Shown: piece after piece, positions 12,203 through 26,742 of the stretch
Layout: each line of letters starts with the position of its first letter
Numbering within the stretch: the first letter of the stretch is position 1
Assembly: GCF_964204865.1 (NCBI RefSeq)
Contig: NC_135255.1
Span: forward strand, 7,564,001-7,628,000
Source: Styela clava
Lineage: Eukaryota
Direction of reading: 5' to 3'
Length of the DNA stretch: 64,000 bases
The notes under the pieces: generated by a model
Databases searched by the model: none
Seen by the model: the letters and a program-made list of their open reading frames with translations, nothing else
What the model was told of the DNA's origin: nothing
Made by a program: the position numbers and the translations under genes

Positions 12203-12300
12203 AGTATTCGTATCAAGATGACGCACATCCTGAACCATAACCTGGTACCCATACAATTTAAGGTTGTGCGCCATCTTGGTACGAATACTCCGGGAGCACC
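12203..12300. mobile_element. Small foldback/hairpin MITE, copy 2
   Basis: AGTATTCGTATCAAGATGACGCACATCCT ... AGGTTGTGCGCCATCTTGGTACGAATACT; same family as 3332-3443. Confidence 0.7.
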
Positions 12301-14739
12301 TTTCTGTTAAAAACAATTATTTCATAACTACATGGGTTAGTTTTGAATACATAGTAACATCGAATCTTCTTACAATGTTGTAAATTCAATTTTGGTAGAA
12401 TAAATGGTAGGTTATTTCACTAATATAAGCCAAGATCCATCGTCAGCATCTAGCCGCTTTCTTTTGCGATCTTCAAACTACATTTGTGTTGCTGCGGGCA
12501 TTTCGTTTTCCTGCTTAAAGTTTTGGGACTTGGGATATATTTTATTAGTTGAAATGGATTGGAATATTCGACCTCGTCTTTTACTCCGAACGGCCATGTA
12601 AAACCATCCGCTCGTATCTAACGATGTGTAACGTGTTTTATTTTGGAAGAACCGGAACCTTTCAGGTGCAGCATCGACTTTGGCAAATTACTATATACTT
12701 GTTGAGATGGAAGGTATGCGTATGCGAAACCGAGATGTGCACCTGTTATGCCAACATAGTTGAGTCAAAAACATTTTGATCACTAGTGCATCACATACAT
12801 TTTCCTGCGTGCTTCGGTTGTACGTAGTAACGCGCACATTTTTGCGCACATGTATCAAATTCCACTTGTTTATTGAGCTATAGTTTTTTGACGAGCTTTT
12901 GTGTATGATTTCATTTCATAGAATTTGTATGCTGTTCTAAAGAATACTAGTTTCAGCTTTTTCATTTATTCAAACCGCGTGTTAGAAGTGAGTTTTCGTT
13001 TTGTAATATTGCGTGTTGCTTTCAGCTGGTTTATTTATATCCATCACTGGACATCCTTAAATCGGTGATGCCAGTAAATCTTTAATACAAAAAGATCGGT
13101 AGCATCTTCAATAAAAACACCGGAACCCACTTAAATGACAGCTGGGGGATGGATACTCATATTATCTGCTCCATCGCGTGCCTCTTACCACTTTACATGA
13201 GTGCCAATTGGTATCTGAGCTCGGCCAGAGACAAAAAGTTTCGGACTGCGGTTGGCGTGACGAAATGTTTTGAAATATATATTCTACAATAAAATTATTT
13301 GATTGCATATAACTGAAAGTTACGCCGTACATGTTTTTTCCCATTGCACTATTTCTTTACTGATATTCGATAATATGACGCTTATCTGACATAGTTTTTC
13401 AAGTGTTTGGCTGCATAAATTCTACATTTCTGAAGTCTTGAATATTAAATTCTATATTGCAGAATATAGATCAAGAACATCATAGCAAAACAAATATATA
13501 TACAAGATTTCTAGTCAACTATCCTGAGGTTAGCCGTTAACAAAACAATTGCTGTCCTGAATACCCGCATAAAAGCAGTACAAAAGTTAACGTGATTTGT
13601 ACTATTAGCGTAAAATGCACGGTCGACGTTTATTTTAGCATGTGAAACGTACACAGCAACAGTTTCGCCGAAAGCACGGGCCACGATTGTACGAGTGCAT
13701 CCTTTCAATCCAATTTTTGATTAATACAATTAAACTACAACTCCGAAGAAGGCAAACTGATGATTGACTTATTTGATTCGAACTTAAATTTCGGAATGAC
13801 GACCAAAAACGAATAGCATTCAAAATCGCAAAAACGAGGTATTGTTTGAAACCACAACTGAAAATCTGTCCAAGTGAAAAATGTGTCTGAGCGGATTCGA
13901 AAGAGTATATTTTTACGTCACTTTCTGCATCTTGCTGATTGGGCATGGCCAATGTTACGAAATGAACAAGGAAGTCGATGATCGGGAAAACATCACTTGG
14001 AAAGAAATTCGCCATTTTTTCGTGTCATTGCGGGCCCGATCTGACCCGCGAGCCTTTGGTGACCCCACGTCTACACAGTACTTTCGGATCTTTTGTGCGC
14101 AGCCGCCACCCCTATTGCAAAAATGTGCGATTTGACAAAACACCCCCGCCATGTTTTGAATAACAAATTAGTAATTATCCAGTTGGGTTGAAGATTTTTT
14201 TCAAAATCTGGAATTTCCAGCGCAATCTGCATTGCTAATTTTTTTAAGCGTTGGCAGGAGTGTTTTGTGGCGGTTGCTTTGTACAAAAGATCCATACTTT
14301 TTTCTGGAACAGTATGGTTTTTCAAGTAGAATCCTCTAAGAACAAGTAGAACAAGGTCGCGGCAACTCTTTTAGGACACGAAGTAGAACTGTTAAATTTG
14401 CAACAGAACACTTTTATTTCTTTTCTGCGCAAGTTCTAATTTTTTGTATGGATGGATGCTATATTTTCGTTCTCCAATTCGCTCCCAAGATAGAATTTTT
14501 TTTCAATTCGGTTTCGTGTGTAGATTTGTCAATTGGCCTCTTTTCCAGTTATGTTCGCGTAAATATATCTCCGAAACATTTCTAATTAGCGGTAACGCTG
14601 CAACATATTGTGTGTCAATAGGACAATTTAATTGTTTTGTGACGTCACAATATTTACAAAATTTGCTATTTTATAAGAAGAATTGAAATTAAGATAAACT
14701 ATTATTTAGCCTGAATCTTCCCAGATTATCGGTTATAAT

Positions 14740-17111
14740 ATGGATCATTCGATCAACATACCTTCTAAGCGATTTGTAATCACGAGGACAAGATCAGAGA
14801 AGGTATGTTTATATCGGATAAAGGTAGAAATAACCAAGTTCATAAGTTAAATAAGTTGCGTGTATTTTTATTGCAGATTTCTTTCTATTGGTATGCTTTG
14901 AATTTGTTTGTCTGCATTCTGTTTGGATGCATCTTGCTGATTTGGGGAATTCTTGCTCATCTCGCAGAGTCTGGCGTGTTTGATCGTGGAGAATTCTCTG
15001 GAATAATCAAGCGTGCTGATATCGTTGCGTACCTGCCCACTGTTGGTACTAGTTTCGGCGACGTTTCGTCGAAATTCCTTGTTGCTTTCGAAATTATATT
15101 GGAGATAATCTTGGTAAATATCAGTAATTTATATTGTGGTTTATTAACGATTTTTCACTTATAACCTAAAACCCTGGTTTACAAACCAGGTCATCGGATT
15201 GTATGGGGCGATTTGCGTTCATCGTCAAAGGAGCAGTATCGATGATTTTCCTGACAAAGAACTGAACGCATCAGTGTGTTTTATCCATATTTTGAGAATC
15301 GCTATAGTAATATGCCTTGCCATAGGCGGAATGTTATACTTTGTGGATTCACCACTAAGAAGCCACATGTCGTCTCTGATGTCATCCGCAATACCCGGGG
15401 TTGAGGAGACATTGGATCGAAATATTATGAATGTATATCAGGTTGGTTTCAAAATATGTGAAAGTTGTAAATACAAGAAATGTTGGAAAATCACCATTAG
15501 GAACATCGCGACTGTGCACTGCATGCGGTTAGATTGACTGGTTAGATATTTCCATGCTCAACGTTTAAATCTATACCTTCTGTAACGGTTTCGATTGTGA
15601 ATACAATTTTACGATAAACATCATACATTGGAATACGGATTATATTAATAACGATTCAGCAAGCCAGTATAAACGATTTTTCCCCACAACGATGTCGCGA
15701 CTAACGAACACGACAATTTTACACATAAATATCAAATTCTTTTATTCCGCCTGAAAACCAGTCTTTGCGCCCCAAATGCTCATTTATACAAAATTGGTTG
15801 TCATCCCGACAACAGTGTTCTGTATCTGAGACTACCTACTACAATGTCAACAATATAATCATCACCGAAGCCGGAAAACTTAATTGGAACTGACTTTGGA
15901 AGAAGAGCTCAGTAACATTGACATGATTGAAACTGTTAATAAATTTTTTTTTTGTGGGCAGAAATATTTAAGATTAAAACCTATTATAATTAGTTTGTTT
16001 GTATATCCATTTATTTGTAAATATTGTGTAATATGTTAGCATAGAATTTTGTATTCGAATGGATTAATGGCGCAAGACCACAGATGTTATAAGCAACATA
16101 ACACATATTAACAACAACAACACCATTTTATACAAAAATAAATGTTGTTATATGACTCAAATTAAAATACCTTTATTTTAGAGTACATTTCAATGCTGCG
16201 GCCATGACTCTCGCAAAGATTGGATCCAGGTCGACAACGATACTGGTATTGTTCGCGATTGGACTCCGCAATCCTGTTGCATTGATAGATCGGATTGTAG
16301 GCCTACTTTACCTTCTGAGACCATCTTTACTGATGCTGCAACATTTGCTATTTTGGAAACTACGAAAAGTCCTGTGCTAGATACCTCAATACCATTCGTA
16401 GTTGAAAATGGTGAATTGATCAATTTCAATAAAACTTTTAACAGAGGATGCGATGAGGCCATTCAGTCATGGCTAATTATCCATGGTTTATTGCTATTAA
16501 CCTTCACTTTCGTTTTACTTCTGCTCCATATAGCATGGATGGTTTGGCGTAGAAATGCCAAGCTTCCGTATCTTTTTCGTGGATGCTGTGAATCATATAG
16601 AAAAAATCGAGTTCAACCAATTTGCCTCAAAGTAAACGAAAGTTCAACGGATTCAAATATCAGTTTAGTTTTTTTTGAGGATGGAGTCAAGAACGGCAAT
16701 AGCAGCAGCAATGAGACCATAAGTCCTAACAATATTCCTAGTTCAGAGAACAACCATGTAATTGTTAAAATACCGGAATTGCCATCAATGTCACGAGTGC
16801 AACTCGAAAGTACAATGTTTACCCCAATAGACAATCCTCTTCCAGCAATAGGTACCATAAACGAAAATAAAACCAGGCCTCAAACTTCGAGAAGGAGGCC
16901 CCACCCAAAAATAGGCCTGTTTTTGAGAAACGTGTCTCTCAAAGATTACTTCGGAAACAGCGGCGTAAATTTACGTGATGAGACCAGGTTAAGACCTCCT
17001 ACACCTGCTAAGATGCCACTCCAGGCCAAAAAAGTTCATAAGGATATAGTCATCACCTTTGAAGCTCCCGAACTAGATTTCCCGAAACCTGTTCCTACTA
17101 CAGACCCATGA
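14740..17111 (+). CDS. Divergent tetraspanin-like membrane protein, ~493 aa, 4 exons, long cytoplasmic C-tail
   Basis: Exons 14740-14802, 14877-15113, 15190-15441, 16182-17111, all phase-0 GT-AG introns. Four hydrophobic segments (YWYALNLFVCILFGCILLIWGIL; FLVAFEIILEIILVIGLYGAIC; FIHILRIAIVICLAIGGMLYFV; WLIIHGLLLLTFTFVLLLLHIAWMVW). The large extracellular loop has YQSTFQCCG, DW, PQSCC, a further C and GC before TM4 (6-Cys tetraspanin pattern). AATAAA at 17300. The start codon is inferred. Confidence 0.85.
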
Positions 17112-17884
17112 ACAACAACTGTGCTAACAGTGCAAGCTTTAAAAGCCAAACGAGATAACGATGACAAACTTTCCATCATTAGCTTGGAGAGTTTTGATGG
17201 ATGATGACGGATTATCACGCCTCGCTGTCCTGTGTACCACTTCTTGTTGAGTACGGGAGTAGAAATTTTACCCTAACTTTTATTGCTTCTTATTTTGAAA
17301 ATAAAAACGGACACAAAATGCAAATATGTGCTTATTGATAACTTATCTGCGTATACAGTCACTCATTCGTGGACTATAGGGATTAGAAGTATCGGTATGT
17401 TTGCCAAATCGCCATTTTAAATAGTTGATGAACATACAAAACTTCTGAGCCTCCAACCCACTGGGTCATTCCGCTTCATTTAAAGGTAACGTTAACGTTA
17501 ATATAGTAGGCCAAGCTGCGACTCCCCGCCAAAAACGTCTGAATATCTTTCAATAAGAAACCTCTTTTACAATGAGTTTTATTCAAATTTTGCCTGAAGA
17601 GAACTGCCGCGGTGTCAATACTGAATATCTGTTTAGGTCAACGCGCAGACGAAGTGCTTGCTGAACGTCGCTGAAAACGCTTGATGTTGTCCATGTTCAT
17701 GAAATTAGAAATGAACTACATTCATGGCTCGATCTGATCCAGCCTGTGTGATATCATAATTGGAACAGTATTGAATGATCCGTAACGTTTGTAAGGTTCC
17801 ATCTAGATAAGATCGATCGTTACAATAATTATTATATTGCCATTTCCAGTTCTCAAGTATGATTAAAACGAGAATACCGAAAAG

Positions 17885-17953
17885 TTTTGCGACGCCCTAG
17901 CAAAATTGAAACGACGCACTTGAGCGTCGCGACGCCCAGTTTGAGAACCACGG
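17885..17953. mobile_element. Probable solo terminus of a hAT MITE
   Basis: GCGACGC repeats followed by GTTTGAGAACCACGG, resembling the Charlie-type TIR end GTTTGAGAACCACTG; no partner end found. Confidence 0.4.
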
Positions 17954-20900
17954 TTAGGTAATGTTTTGTTTCTTTAAATGTTTTTCTACAGAATCTAAAA
18001 AGTTTTTGCCCATATGCCAATATCACTTAAAATTCTCTGAAACAAATAAACCAAGATGTTACTTATTTTCATATACAGTATTTTATGGTTTTTAGGATTG
18101 TTGTAGTTGCATATGTAGTTTAGGTTCCAGAATATGGACAACAGCGAGAAAAGAATGAATTATACACCGAAGAATTTTCTATTAAACCAACTGCACTATC
18201 ACAATTTGAGAAATGCCAGGAGATAATGGTTGGATTAGGATTGAAACAAGGTAATTTTTATACTATGGTTCTTAAATTAAATAATGAAATGTATATGTAA
18301 AGCCTATTTACTCAGATTTTATTTATTTTCGCCAGTGAATGTATCATCACAAAAATATAGCTATTTTATCTTATAATTAAATGCATAATTATATTCTATT
18401 TCTTCCTTTTTTTAAATGAACAATTTGTTCTACGGTCGTCTTCCTACAAATCGTAAGATATCGATGGATGCTTCTGCAGGGCGTGGTTCATAGTGAAATG
18501 CACGAATAATTTCTGTATAAAAACCTTGGTTATCTATTTATTGGATAATTCAGATTAGATTGGCTTTGTGATTTCTAAATACTCTAATTTAACGTTACTG
18601 ACTGCCGGCCTGAATGTTGGTGTACACTGATCTTGATAAAACATAACTGCTTAATTTTGTGCTTATATTATAGAATAGGATAGGTTTGATATTAACCAAA
18701 CGAAGAAGAGAAAATCTATACAAATTATATCATAGCATAACCTCACTTAAAATTCTGATGAACATTTGATAGAAAACTTCATATATATTTGCTTCTTAGA
18801 GCCCCTGTAAAAAAATTTTTTTTTTGAATAATAAAACAAATATTTAACAATACGTAAAAATTTATACATTTTGTAAATATAGACTGTATTACTCTGTGCT
18901 TATTTTGTTGCATAAAATATCCATTCATAGTGTACGAGCATTGTACGATCACGCTTAAATATGGGCATCCGAAGTTTGCTTACCGGGGATCAATTATTAA
19001 ATTTACAGTTAATATAGATTTTCCGTTTGCCATTTTATATTATCAATCAAGTCTAGAATCAGCGAAATGTGGCATTCAATTAAAAAATGATATTTAATAC
19101 ACATGCTAATGTAAAATAACAGCGATTGCTCAATAGTGCATATGGAGCCGCTAGGTATCGCCAGTGAGTTGGTAAAGTCAAAGCCCAAAAATATACCTGA
19201 AGTGAGATGACAAAGTTAGAAGTCAGAAGTGTACGTACGTATTAATCGTTTTGCTAAGTACTGTTCTGGGTTTCTCAGAAAGCAATGGACCATCGATATC
19301 AATTTTACGTACGTGCGTGAACATTGAACGTGCTAGAAAGCAATTGTTTTTATTATTTTTTAATTTCGCCGGAATCGGATGTGATTCGACAATTTTGCGG
19401 TATATATTGTTTAAATATATACAAGAACATTTTATTCCATCACGCTAAACAGCATTCGTCACAATTGCCATCGATGCTTTCAGCAAACTAGGTGCTCAGA
19501 TGAAGTCTGATTGTTCCGCTAATGATAATATAATAATAATAATGATATGAACTTTTTTCACTTTTTCTATTCGGTAATATCACAGATCATAAATATTGAG
19601 TAGAAATAATACATAGTGAAATATTGCAGGTTCATATAAAATTGCATTTCAAAAGCCATTACCATTTCTTCCATTTTCTTCATCAGGCCAATTGAGTAAA
19701 TTATTTTTGCGGTTTTAAGTTAATTATCATATCACTTTGATTGCTTCGCCGTACCAGACGTTATGTCTATTACCGAACTGAAAATAGCCATTGATAGAGT
19801 GTTTAATTCAAATTATATCTACTTCGCACGACATAAGTACACTTGTGTAAATTTCGTGAATATGTAGTTGAATTCAGTAGTAATTTATGAGCCTTCAGGG
19901 AGAGGCTACTTTCGCGTTAAAAGCACTTTAAACACTGCAAAATAAAGATTTTATTTTCGATCTGTATAATTGAAAATAAAGCTATTTATACTCATAGGTT
20001 TGGATTGCTTTCTGCATTTATATATCTGTAATTTTAAAGTGAACTTATATGGATGATAACTAATTAAACTAGATAGATGGGTTGAAAATTGAAGTCATTT
20101 AGAACAATTTGATATTTTTAATGACGACCGAATTGCTAATCAAAAGAAATTGCATATAAGAGAGGTGGGTCGGTCAGCCATTCAACTATTTTAATATGAA
20201 CGTTGCTGATGAACACAGTGGTGTCGATCGCATTATACCTATTCTGTTGATTACCATAATATAAATATTGGACGTAACCAATTTTAAACATACTATGAAA
20301 TTTGAATTCAGTTTGTCTTTGATATACTTTCACTGCATATTCATAATTGGGTAATTCATTTCAATCCCTTTACACAACTTGCTGTAAAATAAGCGAACAA
20401 AATTAGTTACCTTTATATTGGTACACACACTTCTGGAGCGCCCAGAATTGTATCCCCAATTATTATTTCGTAGTTATCACACATCATTGAACACTTACAG
20501 TTTTCATTCGATTAATGATTCATTCAATGGTTGCACTTTTCGCTGTCTTGCAAATTTCCGGGAGTTCGTCTAATGGTTGTTTCGTAGTTCTGTGCCAATT
20601 CTGTCCAGACGATTTTATCTAGAGTGGAAATTCATTTTTTGCCCTTCAAGTCAGATTAGGTAGGAGATATCACTCCATACAACTTGAGAGCCATAAACCT
20701 AATTATCAGGCGCCGCCACAATAGTGGGAAGTGCATTTGGCGCCATGCCTTTTATTGGGGCAACATGGGTAGGCGTGATTGCCGAACTCTCACAATATCA
20801 ATTTCGGCATTTATTTTTACCTATGTCAACTCGCAAGTAATCATGTCACCAACATCTAAGCTCGGAAATATCGCTACAAAGTCATCTTGTTCTTATAGGG

Positions 20901-23900
20901 TGCGCTAGTGGGTTTCCAAGATATAATTAATTAAAAATCGATGGGACTGAAAGTCGGATTTATTTGGTTGAACAAGAACAAACAAATAATCACTAGTATC
21001 ATTACGTCGGCAATATTTGTTGTTGTTGGATATTTGGACAGTCTAAGCGATACATGGAATTGAAAATAAAAGTTTCCCCTCCAAGTAGTGCCACGGGGTT
21101 CATTTGCCAAGTAACTTCAGTAAAGCAAAGGTAAAGTAAAGTTCTGTTTAATAATTGAGAGCAGTGTAAAATCGCTAAGTTCAAGTTTTTGGCACTTATG
21201 TTTAAACGAGTTTAACATTGTTTGTACTACGTTATTGGCCAGTGCTAATAGCCTATTTGAGTTCAACGAACCATGAAATTGCCAAAGCCGTTCGAACACT
21301 GCGTAAATGTTAAGTCTCGTTTTTGTTGCAGTGGACAAATGGAATTCTATCAGATACTGAGAGCGCGAGTGCAAACTACTTCACTGTGATATTTTGAGTA
21401 GATGGGATTAAATCCTCATTTTTCAAAGTCTTATTTCTCCGGACCATATTCCCACATTTCTTAAAATACAGCATCATTTCATGTCGCGCTTCAGTTCAAA
21501 ATTATACGCTGGAGAGCGATTAGCGATAACACGGAACCTGTAAAGGACCTGATGAAATTTCTTATCTGTGTGCTTTTCTTTGAAAATAAGCATTTGATAT
21601 TTTACATTGTACAATCGTACAACAATTAAATCACCTTAATAAGTAATATCTTTATCAGCACTAGGCAAAACAATTTTGTCGCTGTGTTTACTTCAAACTA
21701 TTAATATCACGACATACCGAACGACATAATATACTCGAATTTGTCGTTAGTCGAGTGTAATTCGGTTTAATCTATGTATCTTGCAAATTCCTAACATTTT
21801 TATTTGGGTAACGCACCCAGACTGTATCAGTAGTTAGGTCTCAAGTGTCGCATTAACCCAAACAAATTTCCCCATTAGTAACCTTCAGAGAGGTTTAGTA
21901 AATCCTTATGGCTCATCGGGAGCAAGAATGTGGGGGCACTCACAGAGATCAATCAAGTATAATATCGTTTAGAAAAAAAAGTTCAATGCTTTCACTAGCG
22001 TACCATGTTTGCAAATCTATCCCAGATTCTAATATGGCCAATACTTTAAACTATGTTGTCAATCGACTTTTGCAAACCTGTCAATATTGCAGGGCGTGTT
22101 TGGGTATGCAACTCTATTTTCCGAAACTCAATATTTGCTCAATAACACGACGGAGACAAATTGGTCTTAGGTAGAATGACCCTTGGAACGAAAGTGAAAT
22201 GTAATTTCAAAATACAACTTACTAATGGATATGGCATCAACTACACCCTTCTTTTAGGTCCCCTGAATGCTGATTTACGATCTTGAATATTTCCTCGTTG
22301 AAAATTGGAGTGCTATTTTATGCAACTAACATTTGTTGTTCTTCTCAGACCTGAAAATTTACGACGGTGCACGAAAAGAGATTACCTCTGTAAGATTGAT
22401 TTTTAGCTGATATATTTGATTTGTAATTTGAAAATGGAAACACGAGTGGCATTTCCTTAATTGCATTCTTATCGTCGTGAACATGTTTGCACTTACCTGC
22501 ATTAGGCACGTAGTTTACTCAAAATTGCTTCACTGTATTATGGCATCAAATTACTGTGAAGGTATGGGAAAACTTTGCTCCTGTCGTTGGAAGGAAATGA
22601 AACATTAGTTTTGGCGATACTTGCGAAAAACTTGCATTGTTGTATGCGCCCGAGAATAACTGTTCAAATTACTTGGTGTAGAAAAATACCACAAGGGCTT
22701 CACAGTGTTCTATAATTTGTTTCCTAGAAAACTCGCAAAGTTTTGAAAATACATCAGGTATTTTTGAAAAAAAAAATAGGTACTCGCTAAAAGCATGTTA
22801 ACGACATGGGCGTAACTACCCCGACAAGTGTTTTCCCTCACTAGATACACAAAATAGTGTCGTGTACTAACATTGGCATTGGCGCCATGTTTGAATGTTG
22901 TTAGCAACAAATTACATTGTTTTGAAATGTTCATTTAGGTCTACCACAGCGAACATTAACATAACCTATGTGCTAAAATACATCGATCAGTACCAAAACG
23001 GAACGATCTAAAATAATACAAGACTGGAATGTTAAAGCGATGACCTTGTATGTGCATATATTCAAACTTCCAAAAGTACGAAATTGTCTCTGAACTAGCC
23101 TATACCATGCTATCAGTTTTTAAAGAAGGCGAGTAGATTATAATTAGAGTAGGTACGACAAAACTTCTGTGCCAAAGGCGGTTTCCTGGTACAATTTTTC
23201 TATTACTTGGAGCGATGCTGCCGACACAAATCTCTCGACGTGCCTTGATTTTCCTCTCCACCATGGTTCGATTTTTAGGGTTTACATTATTACCGATACA
23301 TTCGTTCACCTCTATAGTCGAAATGCAAAGAATACTTTCAAAAATATATTATCGTCAAAACCTGGTAACTCTGTTTTTTTTTTCAAAAATTATATACAAT
23401 TCGCTCGCTTCCCCTTCGTTACTGATGCTTGAAAAAGTTCTCAAGCTGAGATTGTAGAGGCCTCGTCGCGATACTTCACTAGGCATTTCATATCATTACT
23501 GAGAAGTTGTTTTGTTTACTACGTGCGCATTGTGAACATGGATATCGCTGCGTACTGAACACAAGCTGTTATCTTTCGTTTTATTACACAATTTCATTGG
23601 GTAATAACTCGAAAATATCTTTATGATTTACATCATTCGCCTCAGTAATTGATTCGACAGATAAATAACATGCGAATGAAGCTCAAACAACTTGTTTTTA
23701 CCGTCGCATGACGTCACAACTGCATAGATGAGATAACGATTAGTCATGTATTTGCAAAGCTACATATGTGTACATGTAATAAGGCTTCTTCTTCGTCAAG
23801 CTAGATAAGTGCATTTGGTTCAATATGCTTGAAGAAACTACGTGAAACTAAACTGAACAAATGAAACTGTCCCACAAACAGTAGAATATTCACATATAAT

Positions 23901-24099
23901 TCTAAGGCTGTGAACATCATACTCTTTTGCTGTTAGATTTTAATATGAAAGCTGCAATACTGCTACCCTTATTTATTGATAATAACCATAAAAAACGGTC
24001 GATGATGAGTCGTAAAACGTGAGGAATAGTATTTGAAGAACTAATAATGAAAAGAAAGTGAAAAGCAATCGATTGTTTCAGAGTTATTTAGTACTATTG

Positions 24100-24120
24100 T
24101 ATATATATATATATATATAT
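24100..24120. repeat. (TA)n microsatellite
   Basis: About 10 TA units, read directly. Confidence 0.8.
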
Positions 24121-26742
24121 TTACATACCATATTTTGAAGAACCATATGTTTTTTATTTCCAATCTTATTTTAAAATTTTATTTAACGTATTTTATATAT
24201 ATATATAAGTCGGGTATCATAAAATTTGTTTGAAATCGTAAGAAAATTATAAATGTCTTATCATGATTTTGTAAAGGTTAGTCGGTAATTTGTAGTATTT
24301 TCTCCTTGTCGTTAAATGCTTTTGTGCAAGAACATTTGCGTCAAGATTAACCCCAAAACTTGACATTCAACCCGTCAATTATAGGCGTTACACCACATTC
24401 TTCAACAAACAATGGCTGAACAGGTATTTTGTTACACAGATATCTTGCGAACATATACATTTTAATAAATGAAATGTTCCGAATATATGAATTTATGATG
24501 AAAAAGCATGACTCGTTGAAAATGGTCATTACCAACTTGAAAAATCTTTTTTCAGAATTTCGGCTGAAACTCGTAAAATTCTTATTTTTGTTGTAAATAT
24601 GTAGTAGGTAAGTTCAATTCTAATGATTTCCATTGGTGTTAAGGGTGAGTTGCTAAGCACATATAAGAGCCAGCTCGGTGGAATTAAAACTGCTTTGTAA
24701 TTCGCATAAAACTAAATTACTCATGTGGTAATATTCCCGGTGTGTTTTTCTGCAACATTTGTTAATGTCTAATTGGTGTGGTCAAGGCGCGAAATTGTCT
24801 TGTTGCAAAAACCCCATAGATCCGGATAACAGAGATTCGAGTTTTCTGTTAGAAACAACCACCTGCAGTGTTTTGTATATACATGTTTAGACAATAGCTT
24901 GTGCAAATTAATATTGTTTTATCAAAGTAATAAAAGGTTGATAAAACTAAAATAGTAACACAGTTTCATTTTTCTTACGTTTTCCTCCTGGTTCAGATTA
25001 GTTTACTCCATTTCGTAGTGGGTGGGTGATGGGTTTGGTTTGAACAAAAATGACCATTATATTCTGATATACGATATCCTGTGTCCAGCTCTAGCAACCA
25101 TTCAAAGATTAACGTAATCTCCCTTGGCTTGGTCTGGATTTACTAAGCAATCATGGCAATAAATATAATCCGGATCGTTTAAGCTAATCGTGCGAATAAG
25201 AGTAAATTTTATCAAATAAAGAACCGCCAACCCTTCCTAGATTTTTTTATTCAAAATTCCGATGCCTTCAAACATCCACTATAGTTAATATTATTTATTC
25301 TATTTATCACACATTTAAACCCTGTACATGGATATACAAAGCAGCTACTCATATACAAATGGCTTTACTATGCATAGAGAATCGTAATCTATGCAGTTCG
25401 GGCTGATTTACGCAATTTATTACATTCTTCTCGAAGGGGTAGACATGGGGACTAGAAGCCACATTTTGTACGGCAAGGCCAGCATAGTTAGGTTCCGTGT
25501 ATTAGCCACATGTCATCTTGCTCAGGACGGGGAGTGGTTTCATGTTCAATGAAAATAAGACGGGAACAGTTACAAACACATGTAACATCATAGTTTGCGA
25601 TTATGTTAGTGTTATCTGGATATTGAGCGATAAGACCATGACTGAATACAAGTAGACGACGTTCAATGGTATTTCTATTTTCACACAGCTAAATTTCTGT
25701 CGGTGGCTCCCTGGCTATACTGTATATACAACTTTAACCCCAACTTATTTAATAAATGTTATAGTTCTGTCTAATTTGCGTAAAACTGACGTTTACTCAA
25801 ATATTTTCTGTATTTTTCGATTTATTTTGTGACAAATTCTTTTAAAAATATAATAAATAATAAATATTAAAAAAGATGAAACGTAAAATGTAGAAAATAA
25901 CAGATAAATGTAACAAAAATAGGAAACACTACGTTGTTTGCAAGTGCTATAAACAAAGCACCTTTTTATGAGGCACTTGTAAGGTAATATGTATTCTTAA
26001 ATTTCAAGTTTAATTATTTCCGATTATTTTCTTTAATTGTGTAAAACAATAGTAATTACTCAAAACCCTTTTCTTAGAAAAGTAGCATGTAAACGCAAAC
26101 TGCCAATAGTTTCTAAATCATCATATAAAATCATAAAATAATATTTCTATTAGATTTCTTCGATACAAATGTAATCATTAATAGTGAAAGTAAAAAGAGA
26201 AAAATATAAACAAAATGAAACACACAGTGGTTTATTCTTCAAGTAAAAAAGTTCATCGATTCATTGTTTGAATTCAACTAAAAATTCTGAAGTATGATGC
26301 AAAATAATTATTTGTCACCTAATGTTTGATGAGAAACTATGACAGTCAATCTATGATAAGACACAGAGGCAAGAATATTCGAACGCATTATGTTAATTTA
26401 GATGTTCTTGAGGTATGATGTCTTGTCACTCTTGTGCAAACACGCCATTTGCCAATATTTAAAATTTGTGCTGTAGTAGAATTTTATTATTCCATATTAT
26501 TCGACTTTGGTTTTATGAAGTAGTTATTTTTGTGAATATATCGGGTAAGATATTCTGTTCCGTCTAAAAGACATGGTTAGATAGATCGGAAATAACTGAG
26601 CTCGAACTTTGAACTCAGTATTGTATGTTCATTTGGACATCAATTGTCTTTCTCGCCCTCACGATGATCCGTTGCTCTCCGATCAATAATATATGATCAC
26701 TGAATCTATTCACAGCAATAGTTGCTATTTACGTTTTGTTTT

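Noticed and set aside
12478-12690. Minus-strand open frame ...ERFRFFQNKTRYTSLDTSGWFYMAVRSKRRGR, faintly FGF/IL-1-like
   Set aside because: Resemblance too weak; no clean splice sites or companion exons.
13500-14330. Cluster of overlapping ORFs on both strands
   Set aside because: No recognisable motifs or coherent splice structure; consistent with a locally GC-richer non-coding region.
17201-17270. SECIS element explaining TGA readthrough
   Set aside because: ATGA is present, but no AAR apical loop or paired GA quartet at the proper spacing.
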